This document shows, in pieces, positions 1 to 9,475 of a DNA stretch of 64,000 bases. Below the pieces are notes generated by a model that saw nothing but the letters and a program-made list of their open reading frames with translations, was not told where the DNA came from and searched no databases. Both the position numbers and the translations under genes were made by a program. This DNA is from a bacterium (GTDB lineage: Bacteria; RBG-13-61-14; DATKZS01). The stretch covers positions 256,001 through 320,000 of the forward strand of contig CAXXFL010000002.1 in the NCBI GenBank assembly GCA_963674965.2. Direction: 5' to 3'. Numbering within the stretch: position 1 is the first letter of the stretch; the number at the start of each line of letters is the position of its first letter.

Positions 1-264
1 CGCGGTGATCGAGTTGGCGCTGGCCCTTTTGCAGGCGTCGAGCACGATAAGGAGTTCCATGATGTTGTCGTTCACCGGCCTGCAGGTGGGCTGGATAACG
101 AAAACGTCCCTTTTCCTTATGTTCTCGTTGATCTTGCAAAAGGTGTTGTCGTTGGCGAACTTGAATATTTCCAGGTCCGCCAGGGGCACGCCTATGTAGG
201 CGCTTATTTTTTGCGCCAACTCGGGGTGGGCCGTGCCCGCAAGCAGTATCAAGCCGTTTTCCAT
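1..264 (-). CDS. prs: Ribose-phosphate pyrophosphokinase, 5' part (runs off window)
   Basis: Hand translation MENGLILLAGTAHPELAQKIS...FANDNTFCKINENIRKRDVFVIQPTCRPVNDNIMELLIVLDACKRASA; ispE-tRNA-Gln-prs synteny. Confidence 0.95.
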   Translation of the reverse strand, partial: MENGLILLAGTAHPELAQKISAYIGVPLADLEIFKFANDNTFCKINENIRKRDVFVIQPTCRPVNDNIMELLIVLDACKRASANSITA

Positions 265-290
265 CAGACACCTCTCGTCTGAGACCATTT

Positions 291-364
291 TGGCTGGGGC
301 GGCAGGATTCGAACCTGCAGTGCGGGATCCAAAGTCCCGTGTCTTGCCATTTGACGACGCCCCA
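291..364 (-). tRNA. tRNA-Gln(TTG)
   Basis: TGGGGCGTCGTCAAATGG...CGGGA-CT-TTG-GA-TCCCG...GGTTCGAATCC...CCA. Confidence 0.95.
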
Positions 365-398
365 ATCGGGATGGTCGCCCCTTAAAACGCCCTGGGCG

Positions 399-734
399 TT
401 ATTTAGCCGGAGCTTCCTCCGGCCGATTGGCGTTTTCCTTTTCCTCGCCGGAAGGCCGGGATTTTTTCGCCCGCCTTTTCTCCTCCGATTTTCTATAGGC
501 CTTCAGCACGGCCGCTTCCAGTTCATCCCTGGCCTCCCGGTTGATCGGGTGCGCCACGTCCCGGAAGGAACCGTCTCTTCGTCTCTTGCTGGGCATGGCG
601 ACGAAGAGACCGCTTGGCCCCATTATAACTTTAACGTCGCGAACCACGAAGCTCTGATCGAGCACGATGGTCACGTACGCCTTAAGTTGCTCTTTATCGT
701 CCACCGGCGTCACTTTTACTTCAGTGATCTTCAT
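399..734 (-). CDS. spoVG: SpoVG family nucleic-acid-binding protein
   Basis: MKITEVKV...LKAYVTIVLD..FVVRDVKVI.G..GLFVAMPS...DVAHPIN. Confidence 0.95.
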   Translation of the reverse strand: MKITEVKVTPVDDKEQLKAYVTIVLDQSFVVRDVKVIMGPSGLFVAMPSKRRRDGSFRDVAHPINREARDELEAAVLKAYRKSEEKRRAKKSRPSGEEKENANRPEEAPAK

Positions 735-770
735 AACCCTACTCCTTAACCGGGCCCAGGGAAAAATTCT

Positions 771-1655
771 TCAATGAAACTCCTCTATGATTTTTCCCTT
801 TATTGTCCCGGCAACGCGCGAGAGAAGGCCGTGTTCCATTTCAAACGCGAGCGCCGCCGCCTCGGCGTTTCTCAGATCGTCGAAGACCCCGAAAACCGTG
901 GGTCCCGACCCGCTCATCATAGCGCCAAGGCCGCCGTTTTCAATCAACAATTTCTTTGCTTTTAATACCTCCGGACGCCGAGCCGTCACCACCGGCTCGA
1001 GATCGTTCCTGAACTCCTTTAGCGAAATGAAATTTCCCGCGTTGCCTGAATGATTTAGGGTATCCCTTTTGGGCGGGGAAGTCAAATCGAAATTCTCGTA
1101 AGCCCAGGAGGCGCTGACGCCGAAGGGGAAACCGACGATCAAAAAGGTCCAGTCCGGGATCGGTCCCGCGGGGGACAGGATTTCTCCCACTCCCTCGGCC
1201 CAGGCCGGCGAATGGAAAAGAAAAAATGGCACGTCCGCCCCGATTTTTGCCGCGGCGCGAATAAGCTCTCCTCCCGGGTCCTCGAAACCGGTGAGCCGAG
1301 CCAGGGCCGCCAGGGTGGCGGCGGCGTTGGACGACCCGCCTCCCAGGCCCCCCGCCACGGGGATATGCTTGTCGATTTTGATCCGGACCCCCCTCGGGGG
1401 GGCGAAGCCGAGGTCGAAGAAAAGCCTGGCCGCCTTATGGCAAAGGTTGCCTTCATCCTCCGGCACGCCGGGGTGGCCGCACTCGATGGATATCTCCTTG
1501 CCGCCAAGCTCGACCTCGACCGAGTCGCAAAGGTCCACGGCCACGTTTAAAAGCTTGACCTCGTGGTATCCGTCCTCGCGTTTCCCCTTGACCTCGAGGT
1601 AAAGGTTGAGCTTGGCCGGAGAGCGCATCCGGACCGGGCCTTTGTCCATCGCCAT
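771..1655 (-). CDS. ispE: 4-diphosphocytidyl-2-C-methyl-D-erythritol kinase
   Basis: PAKLNLYL, IPVAGGLGGGSSNAA, GADVPFF, MSGSGPT motifs; ATG at 1655 has an SD-like GAAGG. Confidence 0.95.
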   Translation of the reverse strand: MAMDKGPVRMRSPAKLNLYLEVKGKREDGYHEVKLLNVAVDLCDSVEVELGGKEISIECGHPGVPEDEGNLCHKAARLFFDLGFAPPRGVRIKIDKHIPVAGGLGGGSSNAAATLAALARLTGFEDPGGELIRAAAKIGADVPFFLFHSPAWAEGVGEILSPAGPIPDWTFLIVGFPFGVSASWAYENFDLTSPPKRDTLNHSGNAGNFISLKEFRNDLEPVVTARRPEVLKAKKLLIENGGLGAMMSGSGPTVFGVFDDLRNAEAAALAFEMEHGLLSRVAGTIKGKIIEEFH

Positions 1656-1832
1656 GTTGCTTCCTTCAAACAAGCCCCGACCGGGGCGGGAATTACTTCA
1701 CCCGTCAAGTCCTCTCGCGGAAGTCTTTATAAAGCGGCGAAGCCACTCAGGACCGCGAAAGCTTGCCTTCGTCTTGGGTCCGGAAACCCGCTTCCGGTAA
1801 AGGATTCACGCGAGGGCAAGCCCACGCCAGGA

Positions 1833-1861
1833 AAAGCGGCGGCAAGCCGCCGCACTCCAAA
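1833..1861. repeat. REP-like extragenic palindrome (GGAG-type)
   Basis: TTTGGAGT-GCGGCGGC-TT-GCCGCCGC-TTT on the minus strand, intergenic. Confidence 0.55.
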
Positions 1862-1888
1862 TCAAGCCCCTTTCAAGGGACTCGAATC

Positions 1889-3376
1889 TCAGCTCTTTCC
1901 AATCCTCTCCTCGAGGGCCCGGAAGACCGAGGCGTTTCTGGCCTTGAATTCATCCACCCGCCGGGCGATGTCCTCCTTGGTCCTCTCCCAGGTCAGGTTC
2001 ATGCGGTCGGCCGTCTCGGTCTTCATCTGCTTGACCACGTCGTAGTAGTAGCGGTTCCTGGAGGTCCAGTTGCTCTCGAGGCGGTGGGCGTAGCTTTTGA
2101 GGAAGACGCCGAGGAGGTCCAGCTTGGAAAGCCCCTTCAGTATCTGTGGGATCGAGTAGAAGCTTCTCAGGGCCTTGAAGTTCTCGACCTGCAGCTCGAG
2201 GGGCGTCATGTTTTTGGGCTCGAACACCACGTGGTGGGCGTCGTACAGTCCCCAGTCCCTGGTGAGGAGCCGGTTCTCGCGCTCGAAGGTATCGTACTGG
2301 TCCGAGCCGGGAAGCGGGGTCAGGATCATGAACTGGACCGTGTCGATCCTGTTCTTCTTGGCGAACTTGGCCGTGTCCCTTACCGTCTGCACCGTGTCCT
2401 CGTCGCACCCGAGCACGAACATGCCGTGGACACGTATGTCGTACTCGTGGAACTTGGCGATCGATTCCTCGATCTGCTCGACGGTGATCTTTTTATTGTA
2501 GGCGTCCAGGCTTTCCTGGTTGACGCTCTCGATGCCCACGTAAACGTAGAGGCAGTTCGAGCGCTTGAACAGTTCCATCATCTCCTCGTCCCTTGTGATA
2601 TCGGCCCGGACCTGGGCGGTCCACCGGGGGGTGATATCCTCCGAGATCATCATCTCCAGGAGTTCCTTGGTCCTGTTCTTGTTGGCCGCGAAGTGGTCGT
2701 CGTAGAAGAACAGGACCTGCTTGGGGTCCACGGTCCTCATCTCCCGGATCACGTTCTCCTTGGACCTGTAGCGGTACTTCCTTCCGAACATCTTGGTGAC
2801 CGTGCAAAAGGAGCAGTCGTATGGACATCCCCTGCTGGTCATGATGGGCCTTACGCTGCCCTGTGGCTCCCGGATGAGGCTGAAGTCGGGGAAGGGAAGG
2901 GAGTCAAGGTCCATGGCGGGCTTTCCCATTTCATTGTGATAGCAGTGGTCGCCCACCCGGAATGACAGACCCGGTACCTCGCCCAGTCCGTGTCCGCTCT
3001 CGATGGCCCTCACGAACTGAACGATCGAGTTTTCCGCCTCCCCCCGGATGACGTAGTCCGCGTACTGGAGGGCCTCCTCGGGCGTGAAGGTCACGTGGGG
3101 ACCGCCCAGCACCACGGGGATGCCGTGGTTCTTGATCTGGGCCGCCAGGGCATAGCAGCGGGGCGCCGTCGAGGTAATGGTGGATATCCCCACCAGGTCC
3201 GCCTGGAATACGGCCTTGAAGTCGATGTCGCCCATGTCCTCGACGTAGACCTTGACGAAATAGCCGTGGCGCTCGAGCAGGGCCCCCAAAATGAGGGTCC
3301 CCAGGCGGGGCAGTTTGTAACGGCTGAAAATATGATAATCGGGCGAACGAGGTTCGATAAGCACGATGTTCTTCAT
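1889..3376 (-). CDS. Cobalamin-binding radical SAM protein
   Basis: N-terminal B12-binding region (VVLGGPHVT, GEAE), SRGCPYDCSFC CxxxCxxC motif; start could extend to 3508. Confidence 0.9.
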   Translation of the reverse strand: MKNIVLIEPRSPDYHIFSRYKLPRLGTLILGALLERHGYFVKVYVEDMGDIDFKAVFQADLVGISTITSTAPRCYALAAQIKNHGIPVVLGGPHVTFTPEEALQYADYVIRGEAENSIVQFVRAIESGHGLGEVPGLSFRVGDHCYHNEMGKPAMDLDSLPFPDFSLIREPQGSVRPIMTSRGCPYDCSFCTVTKMFGRKYRYRSKENVIREMRTVDPKQVLFFYDDHFAANKNRTKELLEMMISEDITPRWTAQVRADITRDEEMMELFKRSNCLYVYVGIESVNQESLDAYNKKITVEQIEESIAKFHEYDIRVHGMFVLGCDEDTVQTVRDTAKFAKKNRIDTVQFMILTPLPGSDQYDTFERENRLLTRDWGLYDAHHVVFEPKNMTPLELQVENFKALRSFYSIPQILKGLSKLDLLGVFLKSYAHRLESNWTSRNRYYYDVVKQMKTETADRMNLTWERTKEDIARRVDEFKARNASVFRALEERIGKS

Positions 3377-3537
3377 TGGTGGCTCCCTTGGTCCTTGACC
3401 GCCGGCCGTGAAGGCGCGGCTGATTTGCGGAGGTTCCGGCGCGACGATGGCCATCGCGCCTCGCGATCGATTTTCCCTTTTCCCTGTTTCTTTTTTCGCC
3501 CGCGCCATTTCCCCCAGGCGCGGAGTTGGCGAAAAAA

Positions 3538-3629
3538 TGGCGGAGAGCGAGGGATTCGAACCCTCGGGGCAGTTTTACCCACCCACACGATTAGCAATCG
3601 TGCGCCTTCAGCCTCTCGGCCAGCTCTCC
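3538..3629 (-). tRNA. tRNA-Ser(GCT)
   Basis: GGAGAGCTGGCCGAG...CACGA-TT-GCT-AA-TCGTG, long variable arm, GTTCGAATC, CCA end. Confidence 0.95.
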
Positions 3630-3688
3630 GTCAGTCGGTGATTTTCAATCTATCCGGATACTCTACCCGACTTATTCCCGTTCGTCAA

Positions 3689-3780
3689 TGGCGGAGGAGG
3701 TAGGATTCGAACCCACGGAACGAGTCGCCCCGCCCAACGGTTTTCAAGACCGCCGCCTTCGACCACTCGGCCACTCCTCC
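3689..3780 (-). tRNA. tRNA-Ser(TGA)
   Basis: GGAGGAGTGGCCGAG...GCGGT-CT-TGA-AA-ACCGT, long variable arm, CCA end. Confidence 0.95.
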
Positions 3781-3801
3781 CCGACCCCTTTGGTCAAGAC
3801 T

Positions 3802-3829
3802 ATTTTAGTGAATAATACTTTGCTGTCAA
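3802..3829 (-). promoter_or_regulatory. Sigma70-like promoter for the tRNA-Ser pair
   Basis: TTGACA-16 nt-TAAAAT. Confidence 0.65.
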
Positions 3830-3959
3830 GGCCCCAAAAGCCCGATCCGCCCGGTTTTACATTAGTTTCACAATGGGACGGGCGGGCTCGATTTGGCGGC
3901 CCGATTGCGCCCCGGGCCATTGGCGGCTATTATCCTTGCCGTTAAAAGGAGAAGTTGTA

Positions 3960-4568
3960 ATGGATACAAAGCCCGGATTTTCCGATTATTTCAGGGCCCT
4001 TTTTCTTCACCAGCCCGAGGACGTGGACCGGATCAGCGTGGGCGGCCGGGCCCTGGTTTTCGTCCTGCTGGCCGTTTGGGGTTTTCTATTTATTATTCAT
4101 CCGGTTGACGCCCATTACATCTACGGCTCCTTCTTGCATAAACCAAACCTTGTTTTCCACGAGGCGGGTCATATAATATTCTCCCCCTTTGGCCAGTTCA
4201 TAAAAGTGCTGGGAGGCTCGCTTTTTCAGGTCCTTTTGCCACTCATCATCATGGCGGCTTTTATCCTTAAAAACCGCGACGGCTTCGGGGCCTCGGTGGG
4301 ACTGTGGTGGTCCGCGCAGAACCTGATGGACGTGGCCCCTTACCTTTACGACGCCAGGGACCTGAACCTTGTACTATTAGGCGGGGTCACGGGAAAGGAC
4401 GTGGTGGACTATCACGACTGGGAGTTTCTGTTAAGGAAGCTGGGGCTCGTTCAGCAGGCCCATTTCCTGGGCCAGACCCTGCACTGGGTGGGGGCGCTCC
4501 TTATGCTGCTGGCCCTGGTCTGGGGCGGCTACATGATCATGGGCCAGTACGCGAGGTTGAAAAAATGA
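3960..4568 (+). CDS. Membrane protein with HExxH motif (M50-like metallopeptidase fold possible)
   Basis: Multiple TM segments, FHEAGH and YHDW motifs. Confidence 0.7.
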   Translation: MDTKPGFSDYFRALFLHQPEDVDRISVGGRALVFVLLAVWGFLFIIHPVDAHYIYGSFLHKPNLVFHEAGHIIFSPFGQFIKVLGGSLFQVLLPLIIMAAFILKNRDGFGASVGLWWSAQNLMDVAPYLYDARDLNLVLLGGVTGKDVVDYHDWEFLLRKLGLVQQAHFLGQTLHWVGALLMLLALVWGGYMIMGQYARLKK

Positions 4569-4829
4569 TACGCTCACGGCGCTCCGGCCGTCGTCACCCA
4601 CCGCGCGAGATCAATCCGATCGCCTCGCCCAGGCCCGCTGATAAAGATCATTTTCAGGATAAATTTCTTGGACCGGGCGCGCAATAAGCGGCTGGATACA
4701 GGGAAAGAGGGCGTCTTTTATGGGGATTGGATTTGTATCACTCCCCCCCATGGGCCTATAATGGACCATGAGCGAAAGACTGACGGGACGATATTGGCTC
4801 GCGCCTCCCCCCGTTTTGAAAGAATACCC

Positions 4830-5828
4830 ATGGAAGACATGAACGATCTCAGTCTACTCGGACCCGCCGGCAGGGACCTCGTCGAAAGGATGCTAAACGG
4901 AGACCGCCGGGCCTTGGCCCGTCTCATGACCCTGGTCGAGAGCCGGCCGGATGACATTTACCGGATCATGGCCATAGTCACGTCCCGGTCGAGGGGCGCT
5001 CATCGGCTGGGCATAACCGGTCCTCCCGGCGCGGGCAAGTCCACCCTGATCGACCTTCTGATCCACGAGTGGCGGGCTCGGAAGCGGACCGTGGGAGCCG
5101 TGGCGGTTGACCCCTCGAGTCCCTTCTCGGGAGGGGCCGTGCTGGGCGACCGCATCCGCATGCAGGAGCACGCTCTGGACGAGGGCGTGTTCATCCGGTC
5201 CCTCGGCTCGAGGGGAAGCTACGGCGGCATCTCGAGGGCGACCATGGAGATAGCGTCCCTCCTCGACGCCTTCGGCATGGACCAGGTGGTGGTCGAGACG
5301 GTGGGCGTGGGACAGACCGAACTGGACATCATCGGACTGGCCGACACCACGGCCGTGGTGCTGGTGCCCGAGGCGGGTGATACCATCCAGACCCTGAAGG
5401 CCGGCCTCATGGAGATAGGCGACGTGTTCGTGGTGAACAAGGCCGACCGGGACGGGGCCGACCGCATGGCCGTCGAGGTGAGGGCCATGCTCCAGATGAC
5501 GGCCGGCCGCGGCGGCTGGGAGGTTCCGGTCATCATGACCTCGGCCCGTGAGGGCAAGGGCGTGACCGAGTTCGTGGACGCGGTGGACGCGCACCGGGAA
5601 TACTGCCGCGACAATCCCCAGCGCGAGGTCTTCAGGCGGGGCTATTATAAGCGGTGGCTGACCGAGCTTATTCTTTCCGAGCTCAGCCGCAGGATCAGGC
5701 GGTCGGCCCAGGACGTTGGCAAGGACCTTTTCGAGATGGTGGGAAAAGGAGAGAAGGACCCCTACTCAGCCGCCGCCGCCGTGCTGGCCGACCCCGAGCT
5801 TTTGAAGAAGTTCCTTTCCCTGAAATAA
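4830..5828 (+). CDS. meaB: Methylmalonyl-CoA mutase-associated GTPase (MeaB/ArgK)
   Basis: GITGPPGAGKST, AVDPSSPFSGGAVLGDRIRM, VETVGVGQ, KAGLMEI, NKAD. Confidence 0.93.
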   Translation: MEDMNDLSLLGPAGRDLVERMLNGDRRALARLMTLVESRPDDIYRIMAIVTSRSRGAHRLGITGPPGAGKSTLIDLLIHEWRARKRTVGAVAVDPSSPFSGGAVLGDRIRMQEHALDEGVFIRSLGSRGSYGGISRATMEIASLLDAFGMDQVVVETVGVGQTELDIIGLADTTAVVLVPEAGDTIQTLKAGLMEIGDVFVVNKADRDGADRMAVEVRAMLQMTAGRGGWEVPVIMTSAREGKGVTEFVDAVDAHREYCRDNPQREVFRRGYYKRWLTELILSELSRRIRRSAQDVGKDLFEMVGKGEKDPYSAAAAVLADPELLKKFLSLK

Positions 5829-5844
5829 AGACGCTTTTCCGAGA

Positions 5845-7044
5845 TTACCCGGCCGGCTCGAATATACCGGGCAGGTCTTTTATTCCCCGGCAGACGAGGT
5901 CGTTGATATTCACGAACACCACTCCCCGGTCCTCCCCCAGGTGGTCGGCCACGGCCGCCAGGGGCCAGTGGTTCATGCGCACGTAGACATGGGTGGCGTC
6001 GGCCTTTCCCGCCAGCATCATGGCGGCGGTTAGGTTGCCCAGGTCGTCGTCGGTGCAGAGGAAAAAGGCGTGGTCCACCTCGTCGACCAGTTCCATGTGG
6101 TGGATGTCGGCCTGCAAAAAGGACGTCCGCTCTTCTATCCCCAGTTCGCCGGCCAGCTTGCGGACCTCCTCGGACCGGTCGGCGCGGTCGGCGATCTTGA
6201 CGATCATCATCTCCTCGGGACCCAGGTCCCGGGCCAGGACCTCGAAGAGGTCCCGGCCGAACTTGCCAAACCCCAGTATGGTTACCTCGGTCACGCCCTC
6301 CCTGATGGACCGGGAAAAGTGTTTGGCTATCATCTTGGCCGCGGCTATGTGATAGGTGTCGAAAAAACGGATGTCCACGGGGCCATCGCACTTGACCACG
6401 CCCCGGGCGGTCTCGGCCAGCTTTTCCGTCGAGATATGGGTCCAGATGATCTTGGGGCCCGCGCCCTCTTCCTCCAGCCACTCGTAAAGGCCCACGGCCC
6501 CCTCCAGGTTGGCCAGGTCGTCGCCGCAGGCGAAAACTATCGAGCGCGCCCGCTTGGCCCCCGCCCTCTCGAGAATGGAGCGGGAGTGGAAGTTGCCGTA
6601 CACCATGGGGACCTTGTGCTCGGCCCTCCATTCCTCGAACTCGTCCTCCGAGCAAAGGTCCACTCCCACCACCTTGACTCCCTTGTCGTGGAGGGTGGAC
6701 GCCAAAAGTTTTCCCGTCCGGCCCACTCCGCACACGATCACGTGGTCCGAGAACCATCGGGCCCGGATGGCGGGAGAGAGCCTGAAAAGATAGCTGATGG
6801 CCGTTCCCAGGGCGGAAAGCGCGATGGCCGGGGCGGCGAAGTAAATCAATATTAAAGGCCACGCCCTGGGGAAGGGCTCTAAGTCCCGCTCGAACACGAA
6901 GAGCCGAAGGGTCGAGTAAAAGGCCTCCCAGAAGGTGATGCCCTTATATTCGCGGGGGAAAAAGACAAGGCCCACAACCAGGACGGCTACAATGGACAGC
7001 ACCCATAAAGCCAGCCGGATGGTCGTTCGATAGCCCCGTCTCAT
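5845..7044 (-). CDS. Membrane protein with two TrkA-N/RCK (NAD-binding) domains
   Basis: Two N-terminal TM helices; HVIVCGVGRTG and ILGFGKFG Rossmann motifs, each followed by a DDL.NL motif. Confidence 0.8.
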   Translation of the reverse strand: MRRGYRTTIRLALWVLSIVAVLVVGLVFFPREYKGITFWEAFYSTLRLFVFERDLEPFPRAWPLILIYFAAPAIALSALGTAISYLFRLSPAIRARWFSDHVIVCGVGRTGKLLASTLHDKGVKVVGVDLCSEDEFEEWRAEHKVPMVYGNFHSRSILERAGAKRARSIVFACGDDLANLEGAVGLYEWLEEEGAGPKIIWTHISTEKLAETARGVVKCDGPVDIRFFDTYHIAAAKMIAKHFSRSIREGVTEVTILGFGKFGRDLFEVLARDLGPEEMMIVKIADRADRSEEVRKLAGELGIEERTSFLQADIHHMELVDEVDHAFFLCTDDDLGNLTAAMMLAGKADATHVYVRMNHWPLAAVADHLGEDRGVVFVNINDLVCRGIKDLPGIFEPAG

Positions 7045-7048
7045 AAGG

Positions 7049-7879
7049 TCACCTCGATTCCGCGAGGATTTTTTTCACCCTCTCCCGGCTGATCTCGGCG
7101 GGTGACGGATCGACGCCGACCTTGATGACCTCGAGGGTGACTATCCCGTCGAAAGATTTGATGAAATCCAGGATCGGCGAGTAGTCGAAGTTGCCTTCGC
7201 CGATAATGAGATGGTCGTCGCGCTCCCCGAAGTTGTCCGTGAAATGCACGTGCCCCGCGTAAGGTCCCATTTTCTCGATGGCCAAGTCAAGTTCATTGTT
7301 CAGGCGAGCGTGCCCGATATCGATGCAAAAACGCATGGACTCGAACCCGACCTGTTCCCTGATCTTCAGCATGTGCTCGACCGAGTCGTCTATTAAGTCC
7401 GGCTCGAAGCCCACGTTCTCGAGGCAGAGCATGACCCCCCTTTCCTCGGCGCGGGCCGCGACTTTTTTAAGGGAATCCACGTTCATGTCCCACTGGATTT
7501 TAAAGGCCTCGGGCGCCTTGTCCTCATCGAACCGGGGCAGGATGTAGGAGCCGTTATGCACCACCACCACGCGTCCGCCCAGGTCGGCCAAAAGGTCCAC
7601 GGCGTCCATGTACTGCTTGATGGACTCGGCCCTGATGCCCGAGTTGAGGGCCGCGATATTGACGCTGGAAAAGGGCGCGTGCAGGGCCAGGGCCATTCCG
7701 GAGGACTCGGCCAGGCGCCTGGCGTCCTTTCTCTGGCTCCCGGTCACGTCCGCGCAGGAGCACTGGGGGAAATCCCCGAAGATTTCAAAGGCCTCGAACT
7801 CTCGCTCGACGGCGAGCTTGAGGGCGGAAAAGGCCGGCAGTCTCATGACGGTCGAGCCCGCCATTCCGATAAGGGGCAT
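7049..7879 (-). CDS. Sugar phosphate isomerase/epimerase (AP endonuclease 2-type TIM barrel)
   Basis: LHAP, VVVH, CLEN, CIDIGHA, HVHFTDN, DDHLIIGEG. Confidence 0.88.
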   Translation of the reverse strand: MPLIGMAGSTVMRLPAFSALKLAVEREFEAFEIFGDFPQCSCADVTGSQRKDARRLAESSGMALALHAPFSSVNIAALNSGIRAESIKQYMDAVDLLADLGGRVVVVHNGSYILPRFDEDKAPEAFKIQWDMNVDSLKKVAARAEERGVMLCLENVGFEPDLIDDSVEHMLKIREQVGFESMRFCIDIGHARLNNELDLAIEKMGPYAGHVHFTDNFGERDDHLIIGEGNFDYSPILDFIKSFDGIVTLEVIKVGVDPSPAEISRERVKKILAESR

Positions 7880-7893
7880 GATAACTCTCCGGT

Positions 7894-9258
7894 TCAGGTC
7901 TGTTCCTGGTTTTCCATCTCTTTCCCGAGTTTTTCAAGATACTTCACGGCCAGTCCGGCGGCTTGAATGGCGGAGGCGGCGGCGACCCCGGAAAGGACCC
8001 CCTCCGCGGCCACCTCGTCTCCGGCCAGGAAGAGGTTCTTAACGCCCTTGACCGCCACCTTGGGCCTGGCGCTCCGCGGCTGCCTGGGAAGGGGCGCGGC
8101 CCCGGATATGTTCGGTATGGTGCGCAGCCTCTCCCACTTGACCTTGTCCGCAATCTCGGGGAACTGTTTCTTGACAATCCTTTTTAGCCGCTTGATATGG
8201 GCGCGGGCCACCTTTTTATCGATCAGGTCTTCCTCGTTCACCAGGGCCATCCAGCTCGAGAGCTGCCCTCCCTCGGGGGCCAGGCCGGGATCGAGGTTAC
8301 TGGGGAACCTGCCTATGACCGACTCCCTGGGGTCGATCATGACGCCCATCACGTCGCTCACGGGACCGGCCAGTCCGAACTCGAGGGCGATGCCCGAGAC
8401 GGGCGTGAGCTTGGCGCATTTCCGGGCCAGGGTCGCGTTGATCCCTTCCCCGACCGCGACCTCGGGCAGGTACTGCAAAGGCCCGGAATAAATCACCGTT
8501 TTAGGCGTGTATTCCTCGGACGAGGTCTTGACCCGTATGACGGACCCCTCCTCGATCACTATCTCGTGGACCTTGGACCCTAAAACGATCATGGCCTCAC
8601 GCTCGGAGATCACCCGGGCCAGGGCCTCGACCAGGCGGGAGGCTCCCCCCTCGATCACGGAAAGATGGAACCCCGAATGGCCCACCGCCTTGACGTGGGA
8701 TATCAAAAGCTCGGCCGAGACGCCGGCCCCGTTCATGCCCAAAACGGTCATGGAGAGGGCGGAGGCATAGTCCGAAATAAGCTCGTCCTCCCCGAAGCCG
8801 CTCTCGCTCACGAAGTCAGCCACGCTCTTCTTGGCCCAGGCGGCGGGATCGGCCTCGGACAGAGCGGCAAAGAGTTTCTTTATCCGGGCCGCCTCGTCCT
8901 CGCTGAAGCCGGGCACCTGGCTGAAGTCCACGTCGTCTCCAGCCGGGACCGGCAGGCGGTCCTTGCCCCGCAAAAGGTAGCCCGAGTTACGGTTCTCGAT
9001 GAACTTGAGGCCAAGGCCAAGACGCGAGTTCAGCTCGCCGATGGGTCCCGAGTCGCCGTAGTGAAAACAATGGAGACCCGCGTCAAGGCTGAAGCCGTCC
9101 CGCGTGAGGCCCGCCAGTTTGCCGCCCACGTCCTCCGCCTGCTCGACCAGCGTCACCTTTACGCCGTCCCTGGCCAATAAAGCGCCGGCGGCCAGACCCG
9201 AAAGTCCGGCCCCCACTATCAATACCTCGGGTGTGTCCAACCCGTCCCTCCCGTTCAT
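7894..9258 (-). CDS. FAD-dependent oxidoreductase (phytoene dehydrogenase-like)
   Basis: IVGAGLSGLAAG, GGK...DGFSLDAG, NLFLAGD. Confidence 0.85.
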   Translation of the reverse strand: MNGRDGLDTPEVLIVGAGLSGLAAGALLARDGVKVTLVEQAEDVGGKLAGLTRDGFSLDAGLHCFHYGDSGPIGELNSRLGLGLKFIENRNSGYLLRGKDRLPVPAGDDVDFSQVPGFSEDEAARIKKLFAALSEADPAAWAKKSVADFVSESGFGEDELISDYASALSMTVLGMNGAGVSAELLISHVKAVGHSGFHLSVIEGGASRLVEALARVISEREAMIVLGSKVHEIVIEEGSVIRVKTSSEEYTPKTVIYSGPLQYLPEVAVGEGINATLARKCAKLTPVSGIALEFGLAGPVSDVMGVMIDPRESVIGRFPSNLDPGLAPEGGQLSSWMALVNEEDLIDKKVARAHIKRLKRIVKKQFPEIADKVKWERLRTIPNISGAAPLPRQPRSARPKVAVKGVKNLFLAGDEVAAEGVLSGVAAASAIQAAGLAVKYLEKLGKEMENQEQT

Positions 9259-9475
9259 GGCTTATAAGTCACGATAGTTTAGCCCATTTTGACCCTTTTC
9301 AAAAGACCGGGGCCAAACCCGGGCCGCGCCGCCTCGAGGCCGCCCCAAATTCCGCCGTCTTTTCACCCACATGAAAAATGGGCTATAATTTTTACCTCGG
9401 CCGGGCCGAGGCGCCGCAGGTCCCCGCCCGTCGGGCGACCGGATCAAGAACTATAAGACCAGGAAGGAAAAGGAT

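Noticed and set aside
3689-3780. Selenocysteine or suppressor tRNA
   Set aside because: The anticodon is TGA (reads UCA, Ser), not TCA, and the structure is a normal tRNA-Ser.
3373-3945. Short ORFs 3373-3597, 3408-3641 and 3688-3945
   Set aside because: They overlap the tRNA-Ser genes.
9259-9475. T-box leader for tyrS
   Set aside because: The region is a short divergent intergenic with no T-box consensus or terminator/antiterminator.
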